Part shown: piece by piece, positions 39,488-49,100 of the stretch
Numbering within the stretch: the stretch's first letter is position 1
Layout of the letters: every line of letters begins with the position of its first letter
Origin: a virus
Taxonomy: Duplodnaviria > Caudoviricetes
Reading direction: 5' to 3' (one strand)
Virus record (IMG/VR): IMGVR_UViG_2516653058_000003
Coordinates: 8,875-72,874 of that record
DNA: 64,000 nt
The notes under the pieces: model-generated
Told to the model about the DNA's origin: nothing
The model's database searches: none
The model's input: the letters and a program-made list of their open reading frames with translations, nothing else
Translations under genes and position numbers: made by a program

Positions 39488-42349
39488 GTGGCTGCCTACC
39501 GATATTATCGAACCGTCGCCGAAGGGCCGGCGAAATGGCACGTTTGCCTGGAATCCGAAGCAGAAGAAATCGCCAGGACATCCGCCATGCACATGGTGCC
39601 GTGGTGTGTGGACTCCCCCATTGAAGATGGTGTCACCGAAATCTCCAAGCTCCGCTACTTCGGGGATCTGGTCATTGATATTGACCATGGAAAATCGTCA
39701 GACACGGAAGCAGAATTGGTGCCGGCCATTGAAGCCTCCATAAAATCAGCTAATCAAATTATCGAGTGGTTTGCCGAACGCTGTGATCCGGCCCAGTTGA
39801 CTATCTGGGCATCAGGGAAAAAAGGATTCCATATCGTCATCCCGGCCAAGCTAATCCACTCCGGCAAGGCTATGATCCGTGGCCTGCCTTTAATTTATAA
39901 GGAAATGGTCAACCGGATCGAGATCGACACCGGGGCGACCGGCATAGACAAAAGCCTTTATGCCCAAGGCCGTGGACACACGGTCAGGATTCCCAATAAG
40001 AGGCGTCCTGAGGGCACCTACAAAGTCGAGGTGTCAGTCAGGGACATGGCATTGATGACCTATGACAGATACCAGCAGCTTGTTGCTGCCCCTCGACCTC
40101 TGCTGAAACACCCTGCCCTGGCAACTTCCATACCTTTGATGTCGATGTTCAACTTGGCAAAAGCCCAGGTTGAAAACTATAAAGAAGACACGACCGTCAC
40201 CGGATTAGCGGATGAAGACCTTGCTGAGTTCGGTACCGACCAACACCCTGAATGTATATCCCGCCTTGTCAACTGGGAAAAGGTCAATCCAGAGGTTAAC
40301 TACAACCGACTGGCCATGCAACTGGCCATCTATCTACGGGCTGCTTCCGTACCTGCGGATACACAGGGCCTAATGGTGAAAGACTTTGCCAGAAACGGGC
40401 ATTCTTCCTCTTATGACACCCCGGAAAAGAGGGAGCGTCACTTAACGATCCAAGTAGCCCCATCGACAAAGAACACGCCGTTTTCTTGCGGCGCCATGCG
40501 CTCCTCCGTGGATATGAAGGGTGCTTGCGGATCCTGCCCTATTTATCAGAAACGAGAAGCCGACTCGGCGACCTTGTCCAGGGTATTGGCTACGGATGCT
40601 GGCTACAGCATCACAAACCGGGACGGGGAACCCCGAAAACTGACCAACTTCATTCTGGATATCCAAAACTTCAATGTCCCGAAAGGGTTGCGGGGGCGTA
40701 GTTCAGAAGCTTGGACAAGTGGCGTCGCCTCCATCCACATGAACGGCAGGTGGAGCCAGGACGTGGAGTTTAGGCGTGACGCTTTCGAGAGCGCGAAGGA
40801 GTTTAAGTCCACATTCGGGGTTTTAAAACCGATGTGGATGGTGGTTAACGACAACGATGTGATGCAGATAAAAACTTACATCTGCAACTTGACTGAAGGT
40901 ATGAACGGTATGAAACCAACAAATTCGGTCGGCTTGCGCCGACATTCTTTTATCCCTGATGGTTCGGACACCCCTGAAACAGAGACAGTCTGGGTAGAGC
41001 CGGGCTGGTCAATATCTTCCTCAGGGCTTACTAGCACTCTCCGCCTAATCGGGGATGTGGAATGGATGGCAAAACATGAGCACCGGCAAAGCCCTCGCCG
41101 GTTCACCCCTGAGTATAATAAAACCATGCTGCACTTGTTAGGGTGCTCCGAACCGAAAGTAGTGGGGATGTTGTTGGGGTGGGTCATAGCCGCCCAAGTG
41201 CGTGAGTATATTTTTCAGAATGTAAAAGAGTTCCCGCTCCTCAACGTAGAAGGGGTGTCAGGGGCTGGTAAGACCAAAACCGTAGCATTGTTTGCTGCCC
41301 TCAGTTCAGCGGATTACCTCACCAACACCCCTCCGGTAGTTTCAGGGATGACGCCTGTACCAATGCGGATGGCAGGGACCAGTTCGACATCCGTAGTTAG
41401 GGTGTTAGATGAATGCACTAAACCTAAGTTACCTTTCCAGAAATGGATAGCAATCCGGGAGATCCTCAAAGCCAGCTCCCAACAGTCCACTGTCCAGACT
41501 GGTACGATCAAAGGTAAAACAGTGGCCGGGGAACATGGCGCCGGCATAATTCACGAAAAGGTCACGTCGCCAATGGCGTTCTTGTCCACTTGTGAAGTGG
41601 ACGAGCCGGAAATTTGGAACCGGTCAATCATCGTCAAACTGAACAAGAATCTACACCGCGTACGCGAATATGGCCGTAATTTCACCGCGTTGAACAACAA
41701 CCCCAACGAATGGCAAAACTTGTTTGCCATCGCCCGCATCATTATGCTGGATGCCCTCTATCTGGCTGAAGAACCCGTGATGGGGATGTTCACTGATGTA
41801 CATGAAAAAATGTCGGACATGCTTGATAGCCGTATCCGCAATATGTATACCTGGGTTTTTACAGGCTTGACGTATATGTCCGAGGTGGTGGACAGGTGTG
41901 GCGGCTCAGAAGAAGTGGCTAAGAAACTTGACTCAATCCATACGGAGACATGGGGTTGGTTCACCTCCAATATGGAAGGTATCCATACCCAGAAGAACCG
42001 CAATGAAATCGACATATTTTTCGAACGCCTGGGCCAGGCGGCGGCGAAATTGGATAGCCAAGATAGGCCATGCCTACGTAAAGGTCTCCACTATATACGC
42101 GACCAGGACGTTTTATACCTACAGATGGGCGCGTGTTTCACGGTGTATTTAGTCACATGCCGATGGCTTGGCCAGAACCCTGAATTCAACTCCGCTGAGG
42201 CGTTGGAGCAAGCCATGCAGCACGAGGAATATTTCCTTGGGAAGGAGCGGCGCGGGTCAGTGATGGGAGGACCTGTGCTGTCGTGGGTGAAGGTCAATGT
42301 GCCGAAGCTGGAAGGCCGGGACCATGATTGTGGGAGGTTTGAGGAATGA
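39488..42349 (+). CDS. Primase-helicase (AEP primase-like N-terminus, P-loop C-terminus)
   Basis: GDLVIDID, SGKKGFH and RIPN (AEP motifs); Cys cluster; GVSGAGKT Walker A; VLDE Walker B. Confidence 0.8.
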   Translation: MAAYRYYRTVAEGPAKWHVCLESEAEEIARTSAMHMVPWCVDSPIEDGVTEISKLRYFGDLVIDIDHGKSSDTEAELVPAIEASIKSANQIIEWFAERCDPAQLTIWASGKKGFHIVIPAKLIHSGKAMIRGLPLIYKEMVNRIEIDTGATGIDKSLYAQGRGHTVRIPNKRRPEGTYKVEVSVRDMALMTYDRYQQLVAAPRPLLKHPALATSIPLMSMFNLAKAQVENYKEDTTVTGLADEDLAEFGTDQHPECISRLVNWEKVNPEVNYNRLAMQLAIYLRAASVPADTQGLMVKDFARNGHSSSYDTPEKRERHLTIQVAPSTKNTPFSCGAMRSSVDMKGACGSCPIYQKREADSATLSRVLATDAGYSITNRDGEPRKLTNFILDIQNFNVPKGLRGRSSEAWTSGVASIHMNGRWSQDVEFRRDAFESAKEFKSTFGVLKPMWMVVNDNDVMQIKTYICNLTEGMNGMKPTNSVGLRRHSFIPDGSDTPETETVWVEPGWSISSSGLTSTLRLIGDVEWMAKHEHRQSPRRFTPEYNKTMLHLLGCSEPKVVGMLLGWVIAAQVREYIFQNVKEFPLLNVEGVSGAGKTKTVALFAALSSADYLTNTPPVVSGMTPVPMRMAGTSSTSVVRVLDECTKPKLPFQKWIAIREILKASSQQSTVQTGTIKGKTVAGEHGAGIIHEKVTSPMAFLSTCEVDEPEIWNRSIIVKLNKNLHRVREYGRNFTALNNNPNEWQNLFAIARIIMLDALYLAEEPVMGMFTDVHEKMSDMLDSRIRNMYTWVFTGLTYMSEVVDRCGGSEEVAKKLDSIHTETWGWFTSNMEGIHTQKNRNEIDIFFERLGQAAAKLDSQDRPCLRKGLHYIRDQDVLYLQMGACFTVYLVTCRWLGQNPEFNSAEALEQAMQHEEYFLGKERRGSVMGGPVLSWVKVNVPKLEGRDHDCGRFEE

Positions 42350-44028
42350 TCCAACACTCCTTGGCCGCTTTCTTCGAAGCCGCTTTGATCACGGACTACC
42401 CTGACTGGGCACACGCAGTTGCGGTGGCACCGTCCGGCAACCCCAACTACGCCCCACGCCGATACCAAGTCACAGGCTTAAACCACCTGGCCACCAATCT
42501 GCCAAGGGCGGCGAACTATGACGACTGCGGGACCGGTAAGACCTTACAGCTGCAGGCGTATATGCTGTGGCTGGTGGGTGCCGGTAACAAAGGCGTTGCC
42601 ATTATGCCACCTGCTTTGGTCGTGCAGTTTTTTAACTCGTTTGCCAGGGATTTTCCAGGGGTGCAGGACTTCGTCCGTTTCGGGATGGTAAATGGGGAGC
42701 GGCATACACGCCAGAAACAGATCTCTGCGTTCAACGCCGCAGGTTGGCCGGACGTTGTGGTCATGTCGTACGAGACCTTCTTAGGAAACGAATATGACCG
42801 GCAGGATGTGAGCCGCTTTAAAAAAGCGTACAAAGATGCGGGTTTGAAAATAAAACCTTCGGACTGGCGGCGATTCCAACAAGACCAAGCCGTAGCGGGA
42901 AACCCTTACCAATATTTTCAAGGGGGGGAAGTCACCGCGCTCAATTTAAAAGGCGCCGCACTAAAAGGCTTAGGCTATAGCTTCCTAGTATGTGATGAGG
43001 CTCATAAACTCAAGAACCCTGCTTCTAAGATCCACCAAGCGGTGTGTGACTATGTCCAACCGGACCTGGGGGACGGCAGTAACGGCCTTACCTTAGCCAC
43101 TGGCAGCCCCATCGAAACCAACGTCGAGGACGCATACGGGCTGATTAAGCTGATAGACCCTACCCGGTACGGCAGTGTCAGGGCATTTGAGTCTATGCAC
43201 TGCGTGTTGCTGCCAAACACCCAGTTTAGAAAAGTTATCGGATACCAAAACCTGGATCACTTATACCGGGTACTGTATTCGAAAGGACGGCGTGTCACTA
43301 AGCAGCAAGCGTTCCCCGATATGCCGACGCGGCTGGTAACCGAGGTGGCGGTGACATTAAGCCCACCCCACCGTGCCTTGTACAAGAAATTGGTAAGCGA
43401 AAGGGTGTTGGAGTTAGGGGACGGCTTGATAGACGCCACTCAACAACAAAGCCTATATAACTTTTCTCAGCGTATCTTGATCTGCCCAAACCAATTTACA
43501 GATAAACCAATCAAAGACAACACCATGTTGACAGCCATCGACGACTTATTAGATTCAATAGGGGAGCAGAAAATCATCGTGTTCGCCTGGTATCAGGAGT
43601 CCGTGGCGGCAATAGCCGGACACCTCAAACACCGTAACCCCGTCATTATCAACGGCACAGTGACCAACAACCAACGGGAGGCGGCCAAAATTGCGTTCAT
43701 TAAGGATCCAAAATGTAAGGCGCTAGTCGCCAACCCCAAAAGTGGAGGTGTTGGGTTGGACGGGTTCCAGCACGTCTGTTCCTACGCAATTTTTGCCGAT
43801 ATATGTCCGCATCCAGGGGCTTTTGACCAAGCAGTCTCCCGTCTCGACCGATCTGGGCAAACCGAAACCACTAACATTTATTTGCTAGTTCCGACAGGCA
43901 CAGTGGCAGTTAAGCTGCGCAATGATTTATGCCGTAAAGAAAGCAATGCCAACGAAGTTGTGCAAGACAAAAAAGCCTTGATCTCCGAGCTGTTGGGGGA
44001 ACAAGGGCTACAGGGTTCACTAGCGTAG
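42346..44028 (+). CDS. SF2 (SNF2-like) DNA helicase
   Basis: DDCGTGKT, CDEAH, ATGSP, GGVGLDG and QAVSRLDRSGQ motifs. Confidence 0.9.
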   Translation: MIQHSLAAFFEAALITDYPDWAHAVAVAPSGNPNYAPRRYQVTGLNHLATNLPRAANYDDCGTGKTLQLQAYMLWLVGAGNKGVAIMPPALVVQFFNSFARDFPGVQDFVRFGMVNGERHTRQKQISAFNAAGWPDVVVMSYETFLGNEYDRQDVSRFKKAYKDAGLKIKPSDWRRFQQDQAVAGNPYQYFQGGEVTALNLKGAALKGLGYSFLVCDEAHKLKNPASKIHQAVCDYVQPDLGDGSNGLTLATGSPIETNVEDAYGLIKLIDPTRYGSVRAFESMHCVLLPNTQFRKVIGYQNLDHLYRVLYSKGRRVTKQQAFPDMPTRLVTEVAVTLSPPHRALYKKLVSERVLELGDGLIDATQQQSLYNFSQRILICPNQFTDKPIKDNTMLTAIDDLLDSIGEQKIIVFAWYQESVAAIAGHLKHRNPVIINGTVTNNQREAAKIAFIKDPKCKALVANPKSGGVGLDGFQHVCSYAIFADICPHPGAFDQAVSRLDRSGQTETTNIYLLVPTGTVAVKLRNDLCRKESNANEVVQDKKALISELLGEQGLQGSLA

Positions 44029-44036
44029 GAGTTAAT

Positions 44037-44186
44037 ATGGGGATCATAACAGTTGCGAGAGTCAGAGGGGTTGTCCGTCAAACACTACCTGACGGCACAA
44101 CGTGCGAAATTGAAGACAAAACCGATTGGGCTAGGTTAGAAGCCATGACCGATGAAGAAATTGAAGCTGTAGTTTTTGATGAATAA
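44037..44186 (+). CDS. 49-aa protein resembling the N-terminus of BrnA-type antitoxins/regulators
   Basis: TAGGAG RBS; MGIITVARVRGVVRQTLPDGTTCEIEDKTDWARLEAMTDEEIEAVVFDE. Confidence 0.6.
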   Translation: MGIITVARVRGVVRQTLPDGTTCEIEDKTDWARLEAMTDEEIEAVVFDE

Positions 44187-44535
44187 CATTTCTGAAAAAG
44201 ACAACCCTCTAGGTATTGAAGTTGGAGATATTGTTAAGTGCTTTGAGCATTTAAAAACAGGTGTTCGGTATTCAGATGGGGTATGTAAAGCAGCCACTGC
44301 CCGATTGACAATTGGCAGAGTGGAGAAAGGCAGAGTTTACTGTGTAGATCATGTCAACGGCCCAACGTTGGTGATCTATGTGAGTATCTTGTCCGGGTAT
44401 TTATTCGAACACCCTTACTACCTTACATATAAACATTTCTGGCACATAGTGTCTCTGCGTGACCAATACACCACGGAGATATTTTATAAGCACAACGATC
44501 CACTGATAAAGGAGTTATATGGAACAGATAGGTAA
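44176..44535 (+). CDS. Hypothetical protein
   Basis: 119-aa ORF overlapping both neighbours. Confidence 0.55.
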   Translation: MMNNISEKDNPLGIEVGDIVKCFEHLKTGVRYSDGVCKAATARLTIGRVEKGRVYCVDHVNGPTLVIYVSILSGYLFEHPYYLTYKHFWHIVSLRDQYTTEIFYKHNDPLIKELYGTDR

Positions 44536-45142
44536 AAAGATTACCGGCTACCAAGTAAAAACCACAGCAGCTGAACCTCTGCCAACTGTGCAGCAGATGC
44601 ACGAGGATCTGAAACGGCCTGATGTGTTGCTGGGCAGCACCTACAAAGTGAAAACGCCGCAATCGGATCATGCGTTGTACATCACCATCAACGACATGGT
44701 TTTGAACCAAGGCACCGCCCAAGAGGAGCTCCACCCTTACGAGATATTCCTGAACTCTAAGAATATGGAAAATTTTCAATGGGTTTTGGCCTTGACGCGG
44801 GGTATTTCGGCGGTGTTTCGTAAAGGAGGTGATGTGTGCTTCCTTGTGGAGGAGTTGCGTGCCATCTTTGACCCAAAAGGAGGGTACTTTAAAAAAGGCG
44901 GGGTATTTATGCCGTCACTGGTGGCGGAGATTGGGTTAGTGATTGAAACCCACTTAAAGTCTATTGGCAGACTTAAGCCGGAGCCAATGGATACGGCACG
45001 GATGCAGTTTATTGGGACGAAATTAAATCAAACTGGGTTTCTACCGGCGGCGATACTGTGTAACAAATGTATGGCGAAAGCTGTAACAGTCATGGACGGG
45101 TGCCAAACCTGCTTAAATTGCGGGGATAGCAAGTGTGGGTAG
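44519..45142 (+). CDS. nrdJb: NrdJb/TSCPD-domain protein (class II ribonucleotide reductase small component)
   Basis: TYKVKTP.SDHALYITIND…PYEIFLNSKNM…SAVFRKGGD…FDPKGGYF…PSLVAEIG; C-terminal CNKC…GCQTCLNCGDSKCG. Confidence 0.85.
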   Translation: MEQIGKKITGYQVKTTAAEPLPTVQQMHEDLKRPDVLLGSTYKVKTPQSDHALYITINDMVLNQGTAQEELHPYEIFLNSKNMENFQWVLALTRGISAVFRKGGDVCFLVEELRAIFDPKGGYFKKGGVFMPSLVAEIGLVIETHLKSIGRLKPEPMDTARMQFIGTKLNQTGFLPAAILCNKCMAKAVTVMDGCQTCLNCGDSKCG

Positions 45143-45267
45143 ATTCCCAAAACAATAACCGGAGACAACAAATCCAGGCTAGTAACAATTGAACCCAGCA
45201 CACCACACCCGCAAAGGACGGGTTATTTAATCCTTTACCGTAATTTTTTAACAACTGGAGACACAAA

Positions 45268-46092
45268 ATGGCTTTATTAAAACCTGTAGTACCTGTTACA
45301 ACCTTACCTGAAACTGAAACCGTGCCTGTCGCATCAGTTCAGGAAACTACAACACACACCCCTACCGTGGACCCTGTGGTGCTCGAAACATTTGCGCCGT
45401 TGGAATCATCAGCCCCAGCCCAACAGTTGGCCGAAGTCCCTGCAACTAACACAGCCGTGGCCACAACTTCCCCACCGGCAGAACCTGTGTCGGGAGGGCA
45501 TCTTACGATGAGGGATTTCTCTGAGGCCGGTTTCAACGGCCTTATCGTTGACTCCCGTACATTTCCGATCATCAACCTGAAGAATGACGGCCACTTCAAG
45601 GACATGGATGATTTTGATTATGGTACGGAAATGCGCGGGCGGCTTCTCTCCTCCGCAGAGAAGATCGTGATGACTGCGAAATACCCAGACCCGTATAAAC
45701 CAGGAACAAACCTGGAAGACGTGGTGTTTTGCATTGACGAAACTCGCCTTGCGTCTGGCCGGCTGGTTTCCGATTGGAAAGAAGAAATGGTTAAACGCGG
45801 TGGTTCTTCCCAATTTGGAACAACGTTCGAAGAGCGCCGTTACACAGACGTGTTAGTGGTGGTTGACCAGCCGGGAGTCGAGTACGACGGTGAAATGCGT
45901 ATCTGGTCTATTGCGCCGACATCCCGTGGCCGCCTGACAGGGGTTCTAAACATCATGGCAGCAAAAGCCGGATGGAAAACAGCCCAGGAACTGAAGGAAC
46001 ATATGTCGGAAAAAGTGGTGGTGGCAAGCGTTGGGGCAGCGGTGCCACATGATAAAGGGTCGTTCTATCCTTGGAACTTCAAGGCGCTATAA
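45268..46092 (+). CDS. Hypothetical replication protein (possible ssDNA-binding protein)
   Basis: P/T-rich N-terminus plus a beta-rich domain, directly upstream of the polymerase; function inferred from position only. Confidence 0.4.
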   Translation: MALLKPVVPVTTLPETETVPVASVQETTTHTPTVDPVVLETFAPLESSAPAQQLAEVPATNTAVATTSPPAEPVSGGHLTMRDFSEAGFNGLIVDSRTFPIINLKNDGHFKDMDDFDYGTEMRGRLLSSAEKIVMTAKYPDPYKPGTNLEDVVFCIDETRLASGRLVSDWKEEMVKRGGSSQFGTTFEERRYTDVLVVVDQPGVEYDGEMRIWSIAPTSRGRLTGVLNIMAAKAGWKTAQELKEHMSEKVVVASVGAAVPHDKGSFYPWNFKAL

Positions 46093-46109
46093 CCCACTGA
46101 TACCCCTAC

Positions 46110-46135
46110 CCCCTACACCCAGCACGGTGTAGGGG
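46110..46135 (+). promoter_or_regulatory. CAGCAC-loop hairpin element
   Basis: CCCCTACACC-CAGCAC-GGTGTAGGGG then AGTTTT; ACCGGAGAT at 46148. Confidence 0.85.
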
Positions 46136-46161
46136 AGTTTTACATTAACCGGAGATAATTA

Positions 46162-49100
46162 ATGAACATCAAGACCCTGTTCGATTTACGGGGTATGGTT
46201 ATCCATGCCTTAAATGCCAGCACCGACCGTGAACCCATCACACTCCCCAGCGGTGAAAAGGCCAACAGCGTTGGCCACTGCCTCAATAATTTTATTGAGA
46301 TGTACCTGCTGCCAACCATACAAGAAACCCGCCTGAACGATATTATTGCTGTCAGAGACGGCGGCAATGAATACCGTAAAGCACTGTATCCTGAATACAA
46401 AGCCAACCGGGCAGGTAAAGACCCGGAGCTGTCAATCCACCATAGCAATTGCGTCAATGCCGTTATTGACCTTTTAAAAGGCCTGGGCATACCGGTTGCC
46501 GAAATCCCTGGAGTTGAGGCGGATGACATCCTGGCCTATCTGGTAGAGAAATTACCAGGTCCTAAGATGATTTACACAGTAGACCAGGACCTACTGCAAC
46601 TGTCCTCCCCCGACTGCCTGGTTTTTTTGAAAACCCAAATCAACACCGACGGGTACGCCCTTTATAACTGCAGCGGATCCAGCAAGCAACTGTTGATGAC
46701 GGTTCATCCACGGCATGTGGCCTTGCTGAAATCCATTGTTGGGGATTCGTCGGATAATTATGGCGGCGTAAAAGGCGTGGGGCCTGTGGCCTTTGCCAAA
46801 CTAGCAGAAGTCTACGGATTGGATGGGTTAGATGAATTGTGTTCAATTATTAGTAAGGATGGTTATGCCACCTTACAAGAAGTCATCAACCAAACAGGGG
46901 ACAAAACCTTGGTGGCCTTGTTTGAGCGCCGTGACGAGTGGAAACTAGGCTGGAATCTGGCCAACCTGGCCCCGCAGCTGGTCGGCGAGCGTAAAACCAC
47001 CAAGTTCAATAACATCATTTGGACGAAGCGCCTGCCCAGTCCAGAGCGTGTCAACCGCATCTTGGCTGAACATGGTTGCGGGTATCTCTACCCAAAACTA
47101 AAACCGGTACTCCCAACGAAAACACTGATTACAGCGGACAACATGCCGCCATTGTCTCGTTTTGAAAGTGCGTTCAAACAATCCGAAGTCATCGCCGTTG
47201 ACTGGGAGACCACGGATTACCTACAGCACCAACCTTTTCGTGATGCAACCAAAGGCCGTGAATTTGTTGACATGCTATCTGCCAAATTGACAGGGTCGGG
47301 TTTTACCTTCGGGCGAAATTACGAACACACAATATATGTGTCGTATGACCATGCAGACACTAATAATTTGCCACGGGAAACGCTGCTGGATTTACTGGGG
47401 GTGATACCGGACGAATCAGTTATAGCTATTCAAAACTGCCTACCTGGGGATGTGGAGGTTCTAACTAGAGATGGTTGGGCGTGTATAAAGGACACGAATT
47501 GCAGCCAAGAAATTATGCAATGGGATAGTACAACAGGAGAGTTGTCTTTTGCCCATCCGACACAGAAAGTAGAGGCGGACGCTGACACTCTTTTGAAGTG
47601 GGACACGTTGTACCACTCTTGTACCTACACACCAGAGCATCGAATGTACTTCCAATCAAATCACTGCTTCCCTAAGTGGAAGGCGGAACCTTGTAAGCAA
47701 GTATCTGAGTATCATCCGAATACTGTATACATCCCTCTAGCAGGCATATACAACCACCCTTCTGTTCAATTGACGGAGGCCGAGGCTCGGCTATTGGAAG
47801 CGATACGGGCCGATGGGCATTTCCCTGTGAACAGATCTAAGCAGATTAAGTTTCACTTCATAAAACAACGAAAGATAGACCGGCTCCTAGAATTGTGTAG
47901 GGAGGCAGGGATCGAGACTGTTGTAGTTAAAGAAACAGATGGGTCGGTGCGTGTAACACTACAATCAAGCTCTTTGGTAGGTAAGTTTAGAAGCTTACTG
48001 GGGGTAGAACGACGTTACACAAAAACTCTGGTACTGTCTTTGGATATAAAGGCCAGAGAATATATCCTTGATGAGGTTAAGTTTTGGGACGGAGGCTCTG
48101 TATATAAGAAAGGTGCTCACTTTTATTCAATAGATGTGGAGACTGTGGACGCGATCCAATTAATGGCTCATATATCTGGGTGGCGGTGTTCTGGTTCATG
48201 GGGGGGGAATAAAAAGGGGTATGGGCTACTAAACGGTAAAAACATCTTTAGAGGGACACTGTACCCAAGATCACGAGCCAAATTAATGCAGACCCCTGTT
48301 GAGGTGCCACATAACGGAAAAGTATTTTGTTTTTCTGTACCTTCTGGGGCGTTTATGGTGCGTTCGAAAGGCAAGATACATATTACCGGAAACTGTATGT
48401 TCGAAAATACAGTGCTCCGCTGCAATTTTAATGGTGCCTTTCTGACGAATTGCCACGACACCAAGGTGATGGCTAGCTACGTCGATGAAAACCAACCGGC
48501 AGGCTTAAAAGACCGGGCATTACTACACCTCAACTACAGACAAACCCATTACGGTGATGTGATCGCCAAAGGCAAAACGATGTCCGACTACTCCGCCGAG
48601 CATGTGTTCCAATACGGCGCAGACGACCCGCTAGTCACTGCCCACTTATATGATTTCTACAAAATGATCATGCAGATCGAAGGCACGTTTGACTTCTGTG
48701 TGGCCAATGAAATGGAACCTATTGAGATGATCTCGGAAGGGTTCATCGCCGGGGTGTCGGTGGATTGGGATGAATTGGAACGGCAAGGCATTGAAGACCG
48801 CAAAACTTTGGATGAGTCCATCGTTAAGATCAGGGAGCTGATCGTAGCAAACCAAACTGAAGAGACCATCGAATCCGGTGTTGACCGTATCTACTCGGAA
48901 GATGTTGAAGAAGTGGTGGCGCGGGTCAATACCGACTTCAAGGCGGGCAAATTTAACGGCCTGGCCGACCCGGCAGAGCTGGTTCGTGACCGTGAGATTT
49001 CCGCCAAATCTATTGCCCTGCGGAAGAAGTTGGAAGGGTTGGTAACCTATCAGCCGTATGTCGAAACGTCCGTTGATGCCGCCATTGATATGACCCCGTC

